From the IMG/VR virus record IMGVR_UViG_3300045988_162176, positions 150,143 to 214,142 of that record: 64,000 nucleotides of DNA. One strand, given 5' to 3'. The notes under the pieces are model-generated. The model saw nothing but the letters and a program-made list of their open reading frames with translations. It was not told the DNA's origin and made no database searches. The position numbers and the translations under genes are program-made. Of this stretch, positions 41,650 to 52,848 are shown one piece after another; position 1 is the stretch's first letter, and every line of letters begins with the position of its first letter. The stretch comes from a virus.

Positions 41650-42867
41650 TTACTGAACAGTAACTTCCTTAGCGGCAACAGCGATATCACCAACAGCAAG
41701 CTCAACAGCGTCAGCAGTAAACTTGGTACCAGCAGCATTAACAGTAGCCTTATCATAAGTAACACCAGAAACGACCTGAACTTCAGTACCCGTAAAGGCA
41801 GCATTGACAGTGTTCTTGTCACCAGTAAAGGTAGCAGTAAACTTATCACCAGTAAACACAGGAGCCGTAGCGGTAGCACTGGTAATACCAGTAACAACGG
41901 AAGTACCCTCAGCAGCAAGAGTAGGCAGAGAACCAGCATCGAAAGTACCCTCAGTATAAGAAGCTTTAGCACCCTGCTTAAAGGTAGGCAAGTCGTTAGC
42001 AGTAAAGGAGAAGCTCAGAGTCTCGCTTGTCTCATCAACATTGGCGCTCCATGCAGCCTTAGAACCAGCGGTAAAGGTATCATCGCCATTAGCAGTAAAG
42101 GTGTCAGCAGCCTTAGTGGGAAGAGTACCAACAGAAGTAACCTTCTGAATAGTATCAGTAGCGGGGGTAACAGTCACAGTAGGAGCAGACACAGAACCAG
42201 AAATCTGAACACCATTCTCAGCATCCTTAGCGATAGAAACCTTACCAGTAGCAGTCACATCAGCCGCAATGTTGCCCGCTGGAGTGTATGCGCTCTTGGC
42301 AAGAGTAGCAGCCGTAGCAGTCTGATTCAGAGCAACAGCAATAGAACCAGTAACATTACCAGTAGCCTTCACGCCAGAGATGGTCTGACCAGCAACAGTA
42401 CCAGTGGCAGAGTCCTTCTTAGCAAGCTTGCCAAGCCCCATATCGGTAGCAAGAGTATCAAGGTTGATATTAGCAGAAAGATTCTGAGTACCAATAGTGA
42501 CAGTCTTCAAAGCATAAATACTCTCGTCACCAAGCTCATGCCAAGTCGCGGGCTCACCACCATACACATATTCCTTAACGCCAATAATAATTACATCGCC
42601 AGCAACGGGGTCGGTAATATCGTCAAAAGAAGTAACCACACCACGGAAGTGCATGGAGCCAGAAATGCCAGCAATAGCAGCCTGAACCTGAGCACCAGTA
42701 ACAAGACCCTGCTCATCAGCACCAACACCAGCGGCAACATCCTTCTTAGCAGCAGTGCCAAGGGTAGCAAGCAGCTCACGAGCCTCAGCATCCTTCAGAT
42801 AATAAGTCTTTTCACCAATTGTCAGCTTACTAATAACAGGGAGATTTTTGGGGTCAAAAATAGCCAT
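41650..42867 (-). CDS. Tail fibre protein (Ala/Thr/Gly-rich shaft)
   Basis: GGAGGA RBS. The N-terminus ...ISKLTIGEKTYYLKDAEAR is typical of fibre attachment regions. Confidence 0.65.
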   Translation of the reverse strand: MAIFDPKNLPVISKLTIGEKTYYLKDAEARELLATLGTAAKKDVAAGVGADEQGLVTGAQVQAAIAGISGSMHFRGVVTSFDDITDPVAGDVIIIGVKEYVYGGEPATWHELGDESIYALKTVTIGTQNLSANINLDTLATDMGLGKLAKKDSATGTVAGQTISGVKATGNVTGSIAVALNQTATAATLAKSAYTPAGNIAADVTATGKVSIAKDAENGVQISGSVSAPTVTVTPATDTIQKVTSVGTLPTKAADTFTANGDDTFTAGSKAAWSANVDETSETLSFSFTANDLPTFKQGAKASYTEGTFDAGSLPTLAAEGTSVVTGITSATATAPVFTGDKFTATFTGDKNTVNAAFTGTEVQVVSGVTYDKATVNAAGTKFTADAVELAVGDIAVAAKEVTVQ

Positions 42868-42904
42868 AATTTAATTCCTCCATATATTTAAAAATAAAAA
42901 TCTT

Positions 42905-43429
42905 TTACAGATTATTTGCAAAAATAAGAGATTCATCGTCTTGATTAACTTTCATCTCGAATTTTTGATTCAATTCATCAGTGATGGCTTTTTGCGTCAT
43001 AGTACCATCAACATTATTACCAGCGACATCATATAATTTCATGACACCAGCAATTGTAGCAGAAGCAGTAGGGAGAATCCCTGCACCAACTACCACATAT
43101 TGTTCACCATTAAAATAATAAATGGTGTTTCCATTGTTTAAATCAATGTAAATTCTATTTGTGTTACCACTTAAAAGTTCTGAAAATTCTGCATCTTTGT
43201 AAAACTTTTCATCTTCTTTATTAAAATAAGCTTTTACAAAAATATCATCAGCGTACTCAAGATTATTATAATTACTCTTACCATCACCAACTCTAACTCT
43301 CAACCCATTTCTCGCGGTATCTACTAAACAAACTTCACCAAAAGCAGGAATAAAACTATTGCCAACCTTTTCATAGTTGTAATCATTATCCCTTCTTAAA
43401 CGAAGTGTTGCATTAATCACTTTTGCCAT
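42905..43429 (-). CDS. Tail fibre protein with an Mtd_N-like N-terminal domain
   Basis: LRLRRDNDYNY...IPAFGEVCLVDT...RVGDGKSNYNNLEY parallels the N-terminus of 43839-45215. Confidence 0.55.
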   Translation of the reverse strand: MAKVINATLRLRRDNDYNYEKVGNSFIPAFGEVCLVDTARNGLRVRVGDGKSNYNNLEYADDIFVKAYFNKEDEKFYKDAEFSELLSGNTNRIYIDLNNGNTIYYFNGEQYVVVGAGILPTASATIAGVMKLYDVAGNNVDGTMTQKAITDELNQKFEMKVNQDDESLIFANNL

Positions 43430-43453
43430 TGGTAGTCCTCCCTTCCTCAGTCA

Positions 43454-43822
43454 TTAGGCTTCAGGAGCACCGCCACCATCAATAATTAAATCGTCCAACA
43501 GAGAAACCATATCCTGTTGATAAACTATCTGATTCATGTCACTATCTTTATTGACAGTGTATGTGTTCCATTTACCATTCTCAAGTACAGATATGGTCTC
43601 ACCTTCGTAGTTACCATATTTAGCAATCCAGTATTGAGCCTCTGCAAAACTCTCAAATTGAGTCTTCTTTACAATGCTCTTTAAATTACCTTTTTCATCA
43701 TAATAGCTCAGTTCAGCATTCTTCGCCTCACTGTTTGTCACAATCAAGCTCTCTTCGGGGATGACTTGCTGTGCAATACTGTTTTCAATCTTGTTCTTGT
43801 CTACATACGCTAACTTAAACAT
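43454..43822 (-). CDS. Hypothetical small protein ending ...IIDGGGAPEA
   Basis: AGGAGG RBS, intact ORF. Confidence 0.5.
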   Translation of the reverse strand: MFKLAYVDKNKIENSIAQQVIPEESLIVTNSEAKNAELSYYDEKGNLKSIVKKTQFESFAEAQYWIAKYGNYEGETISVLENGKWNTYTVNKDSDMNQIVYQQDMVSLLDDLIIDGGGAPEA

Positions 43823-43838
43823 TAGTCATCCTCCTTTC

Positions 43839-45215
43839 TTAAGCTTTCGCACTTACGACATAGTAGCCATCAACATGCTTTTGTTCATAACCTTCTGCAA
43901 GGTATTTCTCAGGCACAACAGCACTGAATTTACCACCCTTAATAACAACTTCGGGCTCTTCGCCTCCGCCATTGTGCTTAAAGTTAACTTCACCGTTGCT
44001 GTCAAAAGTACCACCCTCAATAAGCAACTTACCAGCGTTCATTACATCGTTCAGTTTACGCATACCAATGTTGTAAGTACCGTCAGTAACCTTGAAGTTA
44101 CCACCTTTAACAACCATCTCGTAACCATTATTGAAAATAGTACCATAGAAGTTACCACCATTAATGTAAAGCTTACCATTGTCATCATTCTTGATAACAT
44201 AGAAAGCATTAATAAATGTACCACCATTAATGGTCAACTCAGGATATTCAGCCATTTCACCAGCTTTATAATCCTGTGCGTAATCCCAATAACCATTAGA
44301 AATCATGCTCGAAATAATCCGAGGAGCTTGGAAAATACCATCATTAATTACGATGTTACCATGGTTAACCATGGTGTAATAAGAATTACCCTTTTCATCA
44401 ACACTGCGAGTATAACTACCATTCTCAATAATCAAGTTACCATTATTGTTAATAGCGGGTTTGCCATTCTTGTTACATTCAACACTACCGTTACCAGTGA
44501 GAGTTAAAGCACCATTAATACCAACATTAACAGGAGTCTTCTCATTGTCAACAATAACAGCGTTGTTCATATCAAGAGTAAACTTCTTGTCAGCGTTAAT
44601 AACTTCATCTGTACCAAGACCACCACTCAACTTAATCGTGCCACCATCACTTACAGCCGCAATAGCTTCACTAGCAGTATTATATTTTTGTCCATTAACT
44701 TCCATAGAAGTATCAGATACAGTATCACCATAAACTTTAATAACATCAAGGTCAGCCTTCAGAGCGTAATCTTTAGCAAGCTCTGTTCCAAGATTTTCAA
44801 TCTTAGTATTAACCTTACCAATCTCAACAGTTACAAGATTAGTAGTCTCTTCTTTGGTGTAATAATTACTCAGGTCAACAGCATGAAAAATCTCCCAGCT
44901 ATCGCCATCCCAAATATACAATTTGCTATCTTCAGTTACTTGATAAATGTCACCAGTTTCAGCACTTTCGGGAAGTTCTGCTTTCGTAGCAACAGTACCA
45001 ACAAAATGCATAGCGCCTTCGTTGACACCGACATACTTAAGCTCTCCCCATGTGGAAGTGCCATCACCAATCTTAATTTGACCCTTGTTCTTACCATCAA
45101 GAGTTACACAAGGTTCACCAGCTTTAGGAACATAGGTGTTAGCCACTGCATCCCACTGTGCCTGAAAACCACGACGCAGTTGAATGAGCGTTTGCAGCTT
45201 ATTAATATCAGCCAT
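43839..45215 (-). CDS. Tail fibre/spike with an Mtd_N-like N-terminus and beta-helix-like repeats
   Basis: IQLRRGFQAQWDAVANTYVPKAGEPCVTLDGKNKGQIKIGDGTSTWGELKY, then repeated NNG.L.I.NG / G.F motifs. Confidence 0.6.
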   Translation of the reverse strand: MADINKLQTLIQLRRGFQAQWDAVANTYVPKAGEPCVTLDGKNKGQIKIGDGTSTWGELKYVGVNEGAMHFVGTVATKAELPESAETGDIYQVTEDSKLYIWDGDSWEIFHAVDLSNYYTKEETTNLVTVEIGKVNTKIENLGTELAKDYALKADLDVIKVYGDTVSDTSMEVNGQKYNTASEAIAAVSDGGTIKLSGGLGTDEVINADKKFTLDMNNAVIVDNEKTPVNVGINGALTLTGNGSVECNKNGKPAINNNGNLIIENGSYTRSVDEKGNSYYTMVNHGNIVINDGIFQAPRIISSMISNGYWDYAQDYKAGEMAEYPELTINGGTFINAFYVIKNDDNGKLYINGGNFYGTIFNNGYEMVVKGGNFKVTDGTYNIGMRKLNDVMNAGKLLIEGGTFDSNGEVNFKHNGGGEEPEVVIKGGKFSAVVPEKYLAEGYEQKHVDGYYVVSAKA

Positions 45216-45310
45216 TCTTGTCGTTACACCTCCTATTTACTTAATTAAAATGTTTTGCAAAATATTTTAATTCGCTATAATTAAATAGCTATCTATTTGA
45301 AAAAGACCAC

Positions 45311-45589
45311 TTAGAACCGTGGGACTCCACCACCGTCTACCAAGTTATCTTCCAAATACTTATCCATATTCTTATTTTCCCATGCTTTATTCTCTTTGTT
45401 ATACATGAGAATATCTTTGTCTTCTACTCCGCTTTCAGATATCTTTACATCTTTTAAATCTTCAAGCTTCATATCTTTCGCAGGAACTTCTTCAATTCCA
45501 GCATTTAATACACCATATAATACTCCTCTATTATAATTAGGAGAATCAGGCGTTATCAGTGTCATTCCATTATAATCTCTTCTTACCAT
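45311..45589 (-). CDS. Hypothetical small protein ending ...LVDGGGVPRF
   Basis: ATG at 45589, 11 nt after AGGAGAG. Confidence 0.5.
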   Translation of the reverse strand: MVRRDYNGMTLITPDSPNYNRGVLYGVLNAGIEEVPAKDMKLEDLKDVKISESGVEDKDILMYNKENKAWENKNMDKYLEDNLVDGGGVPRF

Positions 45590-45630
45590 CGTAAACAAAA
45601 CTCTCCTTTCATTTCTTTTAATAAGGAGTA

Positions 45631-46014
45631 TTACCCAATTTCATATGTCAATATAAATTTGCCTTTGCAAACAGTGGTTATATTTCCTTTTATATCACAA
45701 AACTATACGTCGTACAAATATCCTCCGTATGTTAGAAATTTCGTATCAATTCCTTTAATTTTAATTCGCCAAACTTTCATCTTTTCTTCATCTTTTTCAT
45801 TCTTAGAAGTGCTTTCAAGCTCAACAAATTCAAAATCTTTTTCGATTAAAGGAGGAGTAGCGTTATTGTACAAAGGATGCTTTCTAACTGTAAACCTTGC
45901 TTTTTCTCCTTCTCTTGGACTGTATTCCTAATTATCAGGAGTATAAATCTGTAAATCTATTGTGCAATCATCTCCACGAGTTAATGAAATTACCCCGTTA
46001 TTTATTTTTAACAA
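45631..46014 (-). CDS. Hypothetical protein; 2 in-frame TAG. Entirely missed by the ORF track
   Basis: TTG start after AGGAGG. (M)LKINNGVISLTRGDDCTIDLQIYTPDN*EYSPREGEKARFTVRK...YLYDV*FCDIKGNITTVCKGKFILTYEIG, TAA stop. Confidence 0.5.
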
Positions 46015-46053
46015 AATCCTACTCCTCCTTTCTTCTTATATTAATCATTAATA

Positions 46054-47460
46054 TCAACCAAACCTTCCACCTCTTCTATATTTAGTGGAAAGTGGATTTA
46101 CCTGTCCTAATCCGTTGAAAGGATTAGAACTATTACTTTTGTTTGCACTCTTTTGTTTTGCAAACATTTCTTTAAATTCTGTCTTAGGTTTTTCTTCCAA
46201 CTCCAACACTTCTTTGGCACGCAACTCCATCAAATGATTACACATCATTGCTACACAGTCAACTCGGTCATCATGCATATTTTTTTGCTTGGCATCAGGA
46301 GAAAGTTCAAAAACAATCGTACCATTTGGCCTTTTTTGCTTTTGCATACCAACTAACTCTTCTTTAGTTAAATCAATCTATATCAAAGAGTTCATTTCAT
46401 CAAACGAAACCTTTTCATATCTTATTGAAGTTGTTCCATCGGAAGCAACCTCTTCAATTTCCATCTCGTTACGAGCATTTAAACTCTTTGGAAACATTAC
46501 TAATCCTTGGTTAATTGCAGCTTGAGTTCTTTCATAAGCTTGAACTTTATCACGTTTAAAATTGAACAACTGCAATTTTCTTATATTTGCAGGATAATCA
46601 TCTGCGCGTAATTTCATATATGGGTCTTCTTCATCTATAAGACCTAAATGACGTTTACCATCAGAACCGACCCAATCATTTAAAAGGAACTGAGAAATAT
46701 CAAATCCTCCACCGCCAGCACCAGCATCAATACAGACAAGCTCAATATTATCATAATCTAAAGCACCTCTATTATAATTTATAATAAGGTCTTTTATCAT
46801 TTCAATTTGCTGAGGCTTTTGAATTATTGCCTTATCACCATTAGGCAAAAGCTCAATCAAATTCTCACAATTGACTATTTTTAACATTAAACCCTTTTCT
46901 TTGTCTCTGAACAATTCTCCTATTAAAACAATAGAATTATCTAATTTCGATGCAGGGTCATAACAGACGATATATTTCTTCTCACCATCGTTTTCATATA
47001 CTGGATAGTATGCAAAACTGTTTCGCAAAATCGTTGAGCGTTTTACAAAAACATCTTCACCACCGTCTCTGTCAAAACGATTTTTGTATTCTCGTTCTGC
47101 TTTGTATGGATTAGTAGCAAATGCGTTGTCAACTTCATCCTAAGTAATCAGTGGTTTCATAGGCTTACCATTCATAAAAGGATGTAATGAAAACTCACAA
47201 CTAATATCACACACAAAATAATTGGGGTCTCCTAATAACATTTTTTCAAATGCCATTTTATATTGGTCAAAAAGTTCGCTGTCAATACCTTCAGCAGAAC
47301 TTAACAATAACTTTTTATTCGGTAATTGTCTTGGATATATATCTGTATTAATACCATCACCAGTAATAAAGTTTGTATCCTGTGCCGTAAAAGGACGAGA
47401 CAGAGCAAAGAATGTTCTGTCGATTTTTCCAGCTTCATCGTAAACTGAGAAACTTGCGAC
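46054..47460 (-). CDS. terL: Terminase large subunit, exon 2 (Walker B plus nuclease domain); 2 in-frame TAG
   Basis: ...ASFSVYDEAGKIDRTFF... is the Walker B region. Fragments 46378-47028 and 46054-46347 are in frame. The exon start is approximate (within about 5 nt). Confidence 0.7.
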
Positions 47461-48658
47461 TTGTTATCGTGAAGTTTTTTATCTTCACTTCTTATAATTT
47501 CTTATAAGTCCAGCATAAATTTTCACGCATTTGGCTTACGTGGAGGACACTCGTGGCGAGATTATATTTATTCACTCACTATGCGTTACATTATTTATTA
47601 GCCTTTCGCAATCTAATAAATTAACTCGGTATTATCATATTTAACAACTTAGACTCCACCGATTTTGCCCTCTAATTATTTCAAAATGTCATTGTTTTAT
47701 TTCTTTTACCCAGTGAAAACCACCAGCAGTATTTTGTTTTCCACTAACAACCCTTTGTATAGAAGCTTTGTCTACACCTTTTTGTCTTCCTGCTTCAGCG
47801 AACGAAGGAAATTTTTCTCCTGTCTCAACACAAATGCAATAATAAGGAGCATGACCTTCTCCAATTTTTCGTTTCCAGTCCTCATCCATTTCTCTGCCAA
47901 GCATTGCTTGCCTCATTTTTTCTTTGTATTCTTCTGTTCTTTCAGGTCTTTTGTAATCAGGATGATTTTTATACCATTCTTTTCTTACTTCGCTCATCTT
48001 TTTCTTAGACTCTTCTGAATGGTGTTTCCCTTTTTGAGCTTCGCTACGCTTTTTTATTTCTTCCGCTGTTAATTTTCTTCCATACATGGGATTATTTTCA
48101 CCAGATATATCTCTATTTGATGCATGAATTTTATTTTTCTTCCGAATGACTTCTTTGGTCTCTTCAGAATGTTTTCTCCCATAAAAAGGATTTTTTTCAC
48201 CATCATAGCGTCCTTCCATAGTTTCCTTAAGTTTCTGCTTGGTCTCTTCACTTAAAGGTCCGTTAGAACCGCCTTCTCTTGTGTTATATCCTTTTTGTGG
48301 ATTTCTTGAATCATAAAAATCAATCATTTCTTTCTCTTTTTTATCTGCTTCTTCTTTTGTTAAATTAGCAAATAAAATTTCATGGTCGAAATTATCCCAA
48401 CCATATTTTATAATTGCACGAGCAATCTGAGGCTGAACCCAATCTCCATTTTTCTTTTTATGAAGATATCCTTCTCCATTATTACCCGTTCTTTCTATTA
48501 AAGACATGCCTGTTAATCCGATATAAACTTTTCCATTATCTTTACAAGTATGTTTATAAACTATATAATTATTTTCCATTTTATCTCCTTGAGAATAGCC
48601 TTTAGCCAAATATTCTCAAAATAAAACTTGGCTTCATTTTGAAACGGCAGTTTTCCTA
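47461..48658 (-). mobile_element. Group I-like intron in terL carrying a GIY-YIG homing endonuclease
   Basis: An insert of about 1.2 kb separates the Walker A exon (GRNSGKS ... LYNGSTINTLNS) from the Walker B exon. Non-coding flanks of about 80 and 230 nt surround the endonuclease ORF. Boundaries are approximate. Confidence 0.55.
47689..48579 (-). CDS. Intron-encoded GIY-YIG homing endonuclease with NUMOD3-like repeats
   Basis: AAGGAG RBS. MENNYIVYKHTCKDNGKVYIGLT is the GIY...YIG motif. Repeats NPFYGRKHSEETK / NPMYGRKLTAEEIK / GKHHSEESKKKMS. Confidence 0.8.
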   Translation of the reverse strand: MENNYIVYKHTCKDNGKVYIGLTGMSLIERTGNNGEGYLHKKKNGDWVQPQIARAIIKYGWDNFDHEILFANLTKEEADKKEKEMIDFYDSRNPQKGYNTREGGSNGPLSEETKQKLKETMEGRYDGEKNPFYGRKHSEETKEVIRKKNKIHASNRDISGENNPMYGRKLTAEEIKKRSEAQKGKHHSEESKKKMSEVRKEWYKNHPDYKRPERTEEYKEKMRQAMLGREMDEDWKRKIGEGHAPYYCICVETGEKFPSFAEAGRQKGVDKASIQRVVSGKQNTAGGFHWVKEIKQ

Positions 48659-49180
48659 CCTGATACCTACGATGTTCTTTATTACGCTGTTTAATGTATT
48701 AATTGTACTACCATTATATAAACTAACTGTATATCCACTCTTGGGATGAACAAATGGGTCAGCCTAAGTATTTGCTCTAACACATTCATCCAAGAACACA
48801 GAAGACGTTCCCAACAAAGAAGCAATATTACCCTTAGCCATATCTTCCATCTTCTGAAAAGTTTCTTGAGACTGGCCTCCACTCGGAGCCATAATATATG
48901 TATTAGTGTTTGGAAGTAAAAGTGCTCTTGACATCATAAAAGGGGCAGCTAAAAACGACTTACCACTGTTACGACCCATAAGCCACACACAGTTTGCAGG
49001 ACACCAACTACTCAGCAAAACATATTTTTGCATATCAGTTAACTATATTTTAAAAAAATCTTCAATAAATCTTGTTGGGTTTGCTCTTCCCCACTAAATT
49101 ATCTTAGTATATTTTTCAAAAATTTCTTTTCTTTTTGGAAGCAGTTCGTAACTAAAGTCATTAAAAATAACATTAATCAT
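48659..49180 (-). CDS. terL: Terminase large subunit, exon 1 (Walker A); 3 in-frame TAG
   Basis: ATG at 49180 overlaps the upstream TAA (TAATG). Contains LMGRNSGKSFLAAPF. In frame with ORF 48764-49033. Confidence 0.7.
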
Positions 49181-50823
49181 TAATAACCACCCCAATTATC
49201 GCCATCATCACCATTTTCTTTGTCGTACTGACGTTTTTCTTCTTCCAATTTTTTCTCAGCTAATTCACGTTTAGCCAATCTTAAATTTTCAGTAAGGGTG
49301 GCGTTTTCTCTCTGCAACGAAAGCAATTTTTTAAGCTAATCTTGACAAGTTTTGTATACTTCCGCTTCACTCATGCTAAGTTGATTGAAAATAGCTGCAA
49401 AACTTGCATCAGCAGCTTGATTAATACTCTTGCTAGTCTCAACATCATACATATTAAGAATAGCATTTTCATACTTCATCTCATTCATCTTAGCCATAAT
49501 ACCAGAGAAAGTATTTTCACCTTTGGCTTTACTAATAGCGTAACGCTCGCCAAAGCCATTATCTCTACTAAAGCTTGTAATTGTTTCGAGTTCTTTTTTC
49601 TTTAATTCAGATAACGCTTTTAATTCTGAAACGGGAGCATCTTCGTCACTTTTCTTTCTATATTTTTCATTTAATTCACGAATATTTTTAAAAGAAAGAA
49701 CAATCTAAATAGCAGCTTGGACTTTAAGTCCATCAAGCTCCATACCCTGTTCCATCATACCAAGTAAATCTTTATAAAGAATTTTTCTATCTTTTTCAAT
49801 TTCAAAATAAAACGGGTCATAACCAACCATCTTGATAACTTGTCTTTTTGCTTCGAGGTCAGCTTTACTCCATTCTTCTTCTAAATCTTCAGGCACATTG
49901 CCTGTATTGCTGTTAATTATTTTATCAGCCTTTGAATCCCCTTTATTTTGATTCACATCAACATCGGGCGATTCCAAAAAAACTTTTCCTTTTAAAGTAG
50001 CACTGCGAGAAATAACACTCATATATTCTTCAACTATATGAGTTTTTCTATCTTTCTCCTCCATTGTTTTTTTAGCCTTAAAATAACTAACATCATCATA
50101 ATATATATTAAGATAACTACAAAGCCATTTCATTGCTTTTTCGCCATCTTTGTCTGCTTTTTCATAGAACAAATATTCGTACAAATTTTTACAACAATCC
50201 ATACAAATATGTGTGTGCATTTTTCCATTAGCTTCTATTCTACCTAAATTCCCCTCATTGTATGCAAGGAAATATTTATCTTGTGGCAATGCTTTTCCAC
50301 AACATGAACATACATATTTATCATACAATGGAACAAACCTATTAAAATATTTTGTCCAATTCTAATAAAGTTTTTGTAAGTATTCGGGTATCTTAGGCTT
50401 GCTCTTTTTCTTTTCTGTCTTTTTAGTAAGATGGGTGCTTAATTGCTCTTTAGCTGAATCGTTAGAAGTATCTATTTCATCATTTATAATTTTATCACAA
50501 TCATCAATAACTTCTTGATACGCTTCTTCATATTCCAAGTATTTCTTATAATCAAGCTATCTTACACTTCCATCTTCTTCTTTATAAAAATTAATAGGGT
50601 CAAAAAAACTATTATAATCAACAGAATCTACAAGATTTGGTGTACCAAAGTCCCCAACAATTTCTTTTAGAGCCTGTTTATGCTCATCTTTTAAAGAATA
50701 TTTCCAAGATTCTCCAAATTCCTCTTTTTTCCTTTGTGTCTCCATTTTCTTTTGAATGGCATCTAATCTTTTCTATTCTTTAGCAATGGCAGCTTTGGCC
50801 CTATTGTTTGTTAATTTAGCCAT
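49180..50823 (-). CDS. Hypothetical DNA-packaging-region protein (possible small terminase subunit by position) with a Cys cluster; 5 in-frame TAG
   Basis: ATG at 50823. Fragments 50557-50745 and 49705-50328 share one frame. I checked the 49180-49704 extension and the gaps between fragments for TAA/TGA and found none. TAA stop at 49180. Confidence 0.5.
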
Positions 50824-50864
50824 TTAACACACCTTCTAAACCTTTTAATTCCAAAAAAATTTAA

Positions 50865-51068
50865 TTAATCTACAATTTGAAACCAGAAATCTCCTGCTTT
50901 CTAATCAACTGGTTGTTCTTTACTGATAGCAATATCAGGCAAATTATCCACTGTTTCCGCAATATTCTTATTATTTTCATTAATATTATTACGGAAAGTG
51001 TTGGCTAATCCAACTGTCACTTCCTTGATTAGAGTTTTAAGAGACTTTCTGCGAGCAGGTCCAGCCAT
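50865..51068 (-). CDS. Small hypothetical protein; 1 in-frame TAG. Missed by the ORF track
   Basis: ATG at 51068 after AGAAGGA. ...ISKEQPVD*KAGDFWFQIVD. Confidence 0.4.
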
Positions 51069-51098
51069 AAAATTCACCATCCTTCTCTTAATAATTAA

Positions 51099-51857
51099 TT
51101 ACTTCTTAGGTTTTCCCTAAAGCAATAACAACCAAACATCTCTGTTAATTACACCGTTCTATCTCAAACCATACATCTTTTGGTATTGTTTTACTACATT
51201 TTCCAGCTATTCATCGAAAATTGTGTCTGTCCCAGCATTAAACCCTAAAGTATTAAAAAGAATCTTAGCCATTTTAACAGCTTCATTATTATTGTCTATG
51301 TTTAAATAAGGTACTTGACCAGCCATAGTTCTAATATTGGTTTTGTCAACTGGAACTTTATAACCGATTGCAGCTTTAGCATAATTTGGTAAACCAAAAC
51401 CTCTAATATATTTACCATCAATTTGCATTGTGCGACTCTTAACTTCACTGGAATAATTTCCTTCTAAAACTTTAAAGGTGTTTCCACTTACGTCACAAAC
51501 CATGCCAACATGGTCAGCTTCTCCAGTACATTCTCCAACTCCACTGTCTTGCCAATCGTAAAAACACAAATCTCCAATTTGAGGTTTATAATTATCTCCC
51601 TCTTCCCATCTTCCATTCTTTTGGTAGAGAGCTATCATTCTATTACAACTACATTCAGGATAGATATATTCCGTCAAATTTAATCTCTCTCCAAGAGCAG
51701 AAACGGTAGCTGCGCACCAAGGTTCTGTATACAGCATCATATGGTTTGCTGGTAAGGGAGTTATTCTATTATAAATATCAATAATCCATTTATGTTTGCC
51801 ATTAGCCACACTAAAACCAACCCAGCGATAAAACCATTCAACTGTCGTTTTTCTCAA
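51099..51857 (-). CDS. CHAP-domain peptidoglycan hydrolase with a C-terminal PG_binding_1-like domain; 3 in-frame TAG
   Basis: EPWCAATVS...EADHVGMV gives the CHAP Cys/His pair. The C-terminal AVKMAKILFNTLGFNAG...FDE*LENVVKQYQKMYGLR*NGVINRDVWLLLL is complete only with TAG read-through. Confidence 0.65.
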
Positions 51858-52683
51858 CTGCTATTCCGTCATCGTTAATTTCTCCTTGCCAAGCTTCGTT
51901 TCTCTTATTTTTGAGTTCAGCTTGTCGTTTCATCCACTCTTTATGCTCTTTTGCATGTTGCAAACGAGCAGCTTGCCTTTCCTTGACTTTTTCAGGGTCG
52001 GCTAAATATGGTTTCCAGTTTTTTTGAAAATCTTCATGAGTTTGCCACCATTCAGCTTTCATGTCTTCCAAAATATCTTCAAATGGTCGCTCAATCAAAT
52101 CTTCTTCAGCAACTCCATTTTCTCTTTGTTTTTCTAGGTCCATTTGCCTCATTAAAGCATGACGAGCTTCTTGATGTTTAATCCTTTTTCTTTCATTGCT
52201 CGCCTCTCTTGCTTTTTGATGAGGAGACTGAGGACCTTTTTTTTCTTCATCCGCTTTTTGACACAACTCTTGAATTTTTTCTTCAGACAAGCCTTCGTAT
52301 TCTGGAATTTCAGGGTCTCCAACATCTTGTCTATACTTCCTAGCTAACGAAGTATATCTATTTTCAGGCCAAGCAAAGAATTCATTTGCATAAACTCTAT
52401 CACAGTTTTTAGCCTCTCTACTAAATTTAATCATTGGATATCCTAAAAATGCAGAAGACCAAGCTTTTTGTTTTCTAATTTCAGGAAGCATTGAAACATA
52501 TCCTGTAATTTTATGAGATGGTTTGGTAGTTCCATAAATAGAACCAAACACAAAATCAAGCTAATCTTCCATTGCAATGGTATCAAGAATTTTGTATTCT
52601 AAAGATTCAATTACATTAGAAACAGTTTCTTTATCATACCCTGTTTCCTCCATAATTGCTTTAATCAATCTAAATCTTGTCAT
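51838..52683 (-). CDS. Protein with an HU/IHF-like N-terminal region and a long charged C-terminus; 1 in-frame TAG
   Basis: MTRFRLIKAIMEETGYDKETVSNVIESLEYKILDTIAMED*LDFVFGSIYG parallels the HU N-terminus (...ELIKAIAE.TGLSK..V..V......I...). Confidence 0.45.
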
Positions 52684-52705
52684 TGTATCACCTATATACA
52701 TGATT

Positions 52706-52824
52706 TTAGCTCCAAGTCATCAAAAGACAACTTGGAGCTAACATTCATTCTGTACAAACTTCTTTATCCAAAAGAAGTCTACTTTGTCGTTCACTTTATA
52801 CAAGTTTCTTTATCCGAAAGAAAC
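52706..52824 (-). promoter_or_regulatory. Three consecutive hairpins between the two HU-like genes
   Basis: GTTTCTTT/AAAGAAAC (52804-52824), ACTTCTTT/AAAGAAGT (52758-52778) and a 12-bp stem TTAGCTCCAAGT/ACTTGGAGCTAA (52706-52741). The first two belong to a duplicated unit of about 45 nt. Confidence 0.55.
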
Positions 52825-52848
52825 CTACTTTGTAAATTATTCCTTCTA

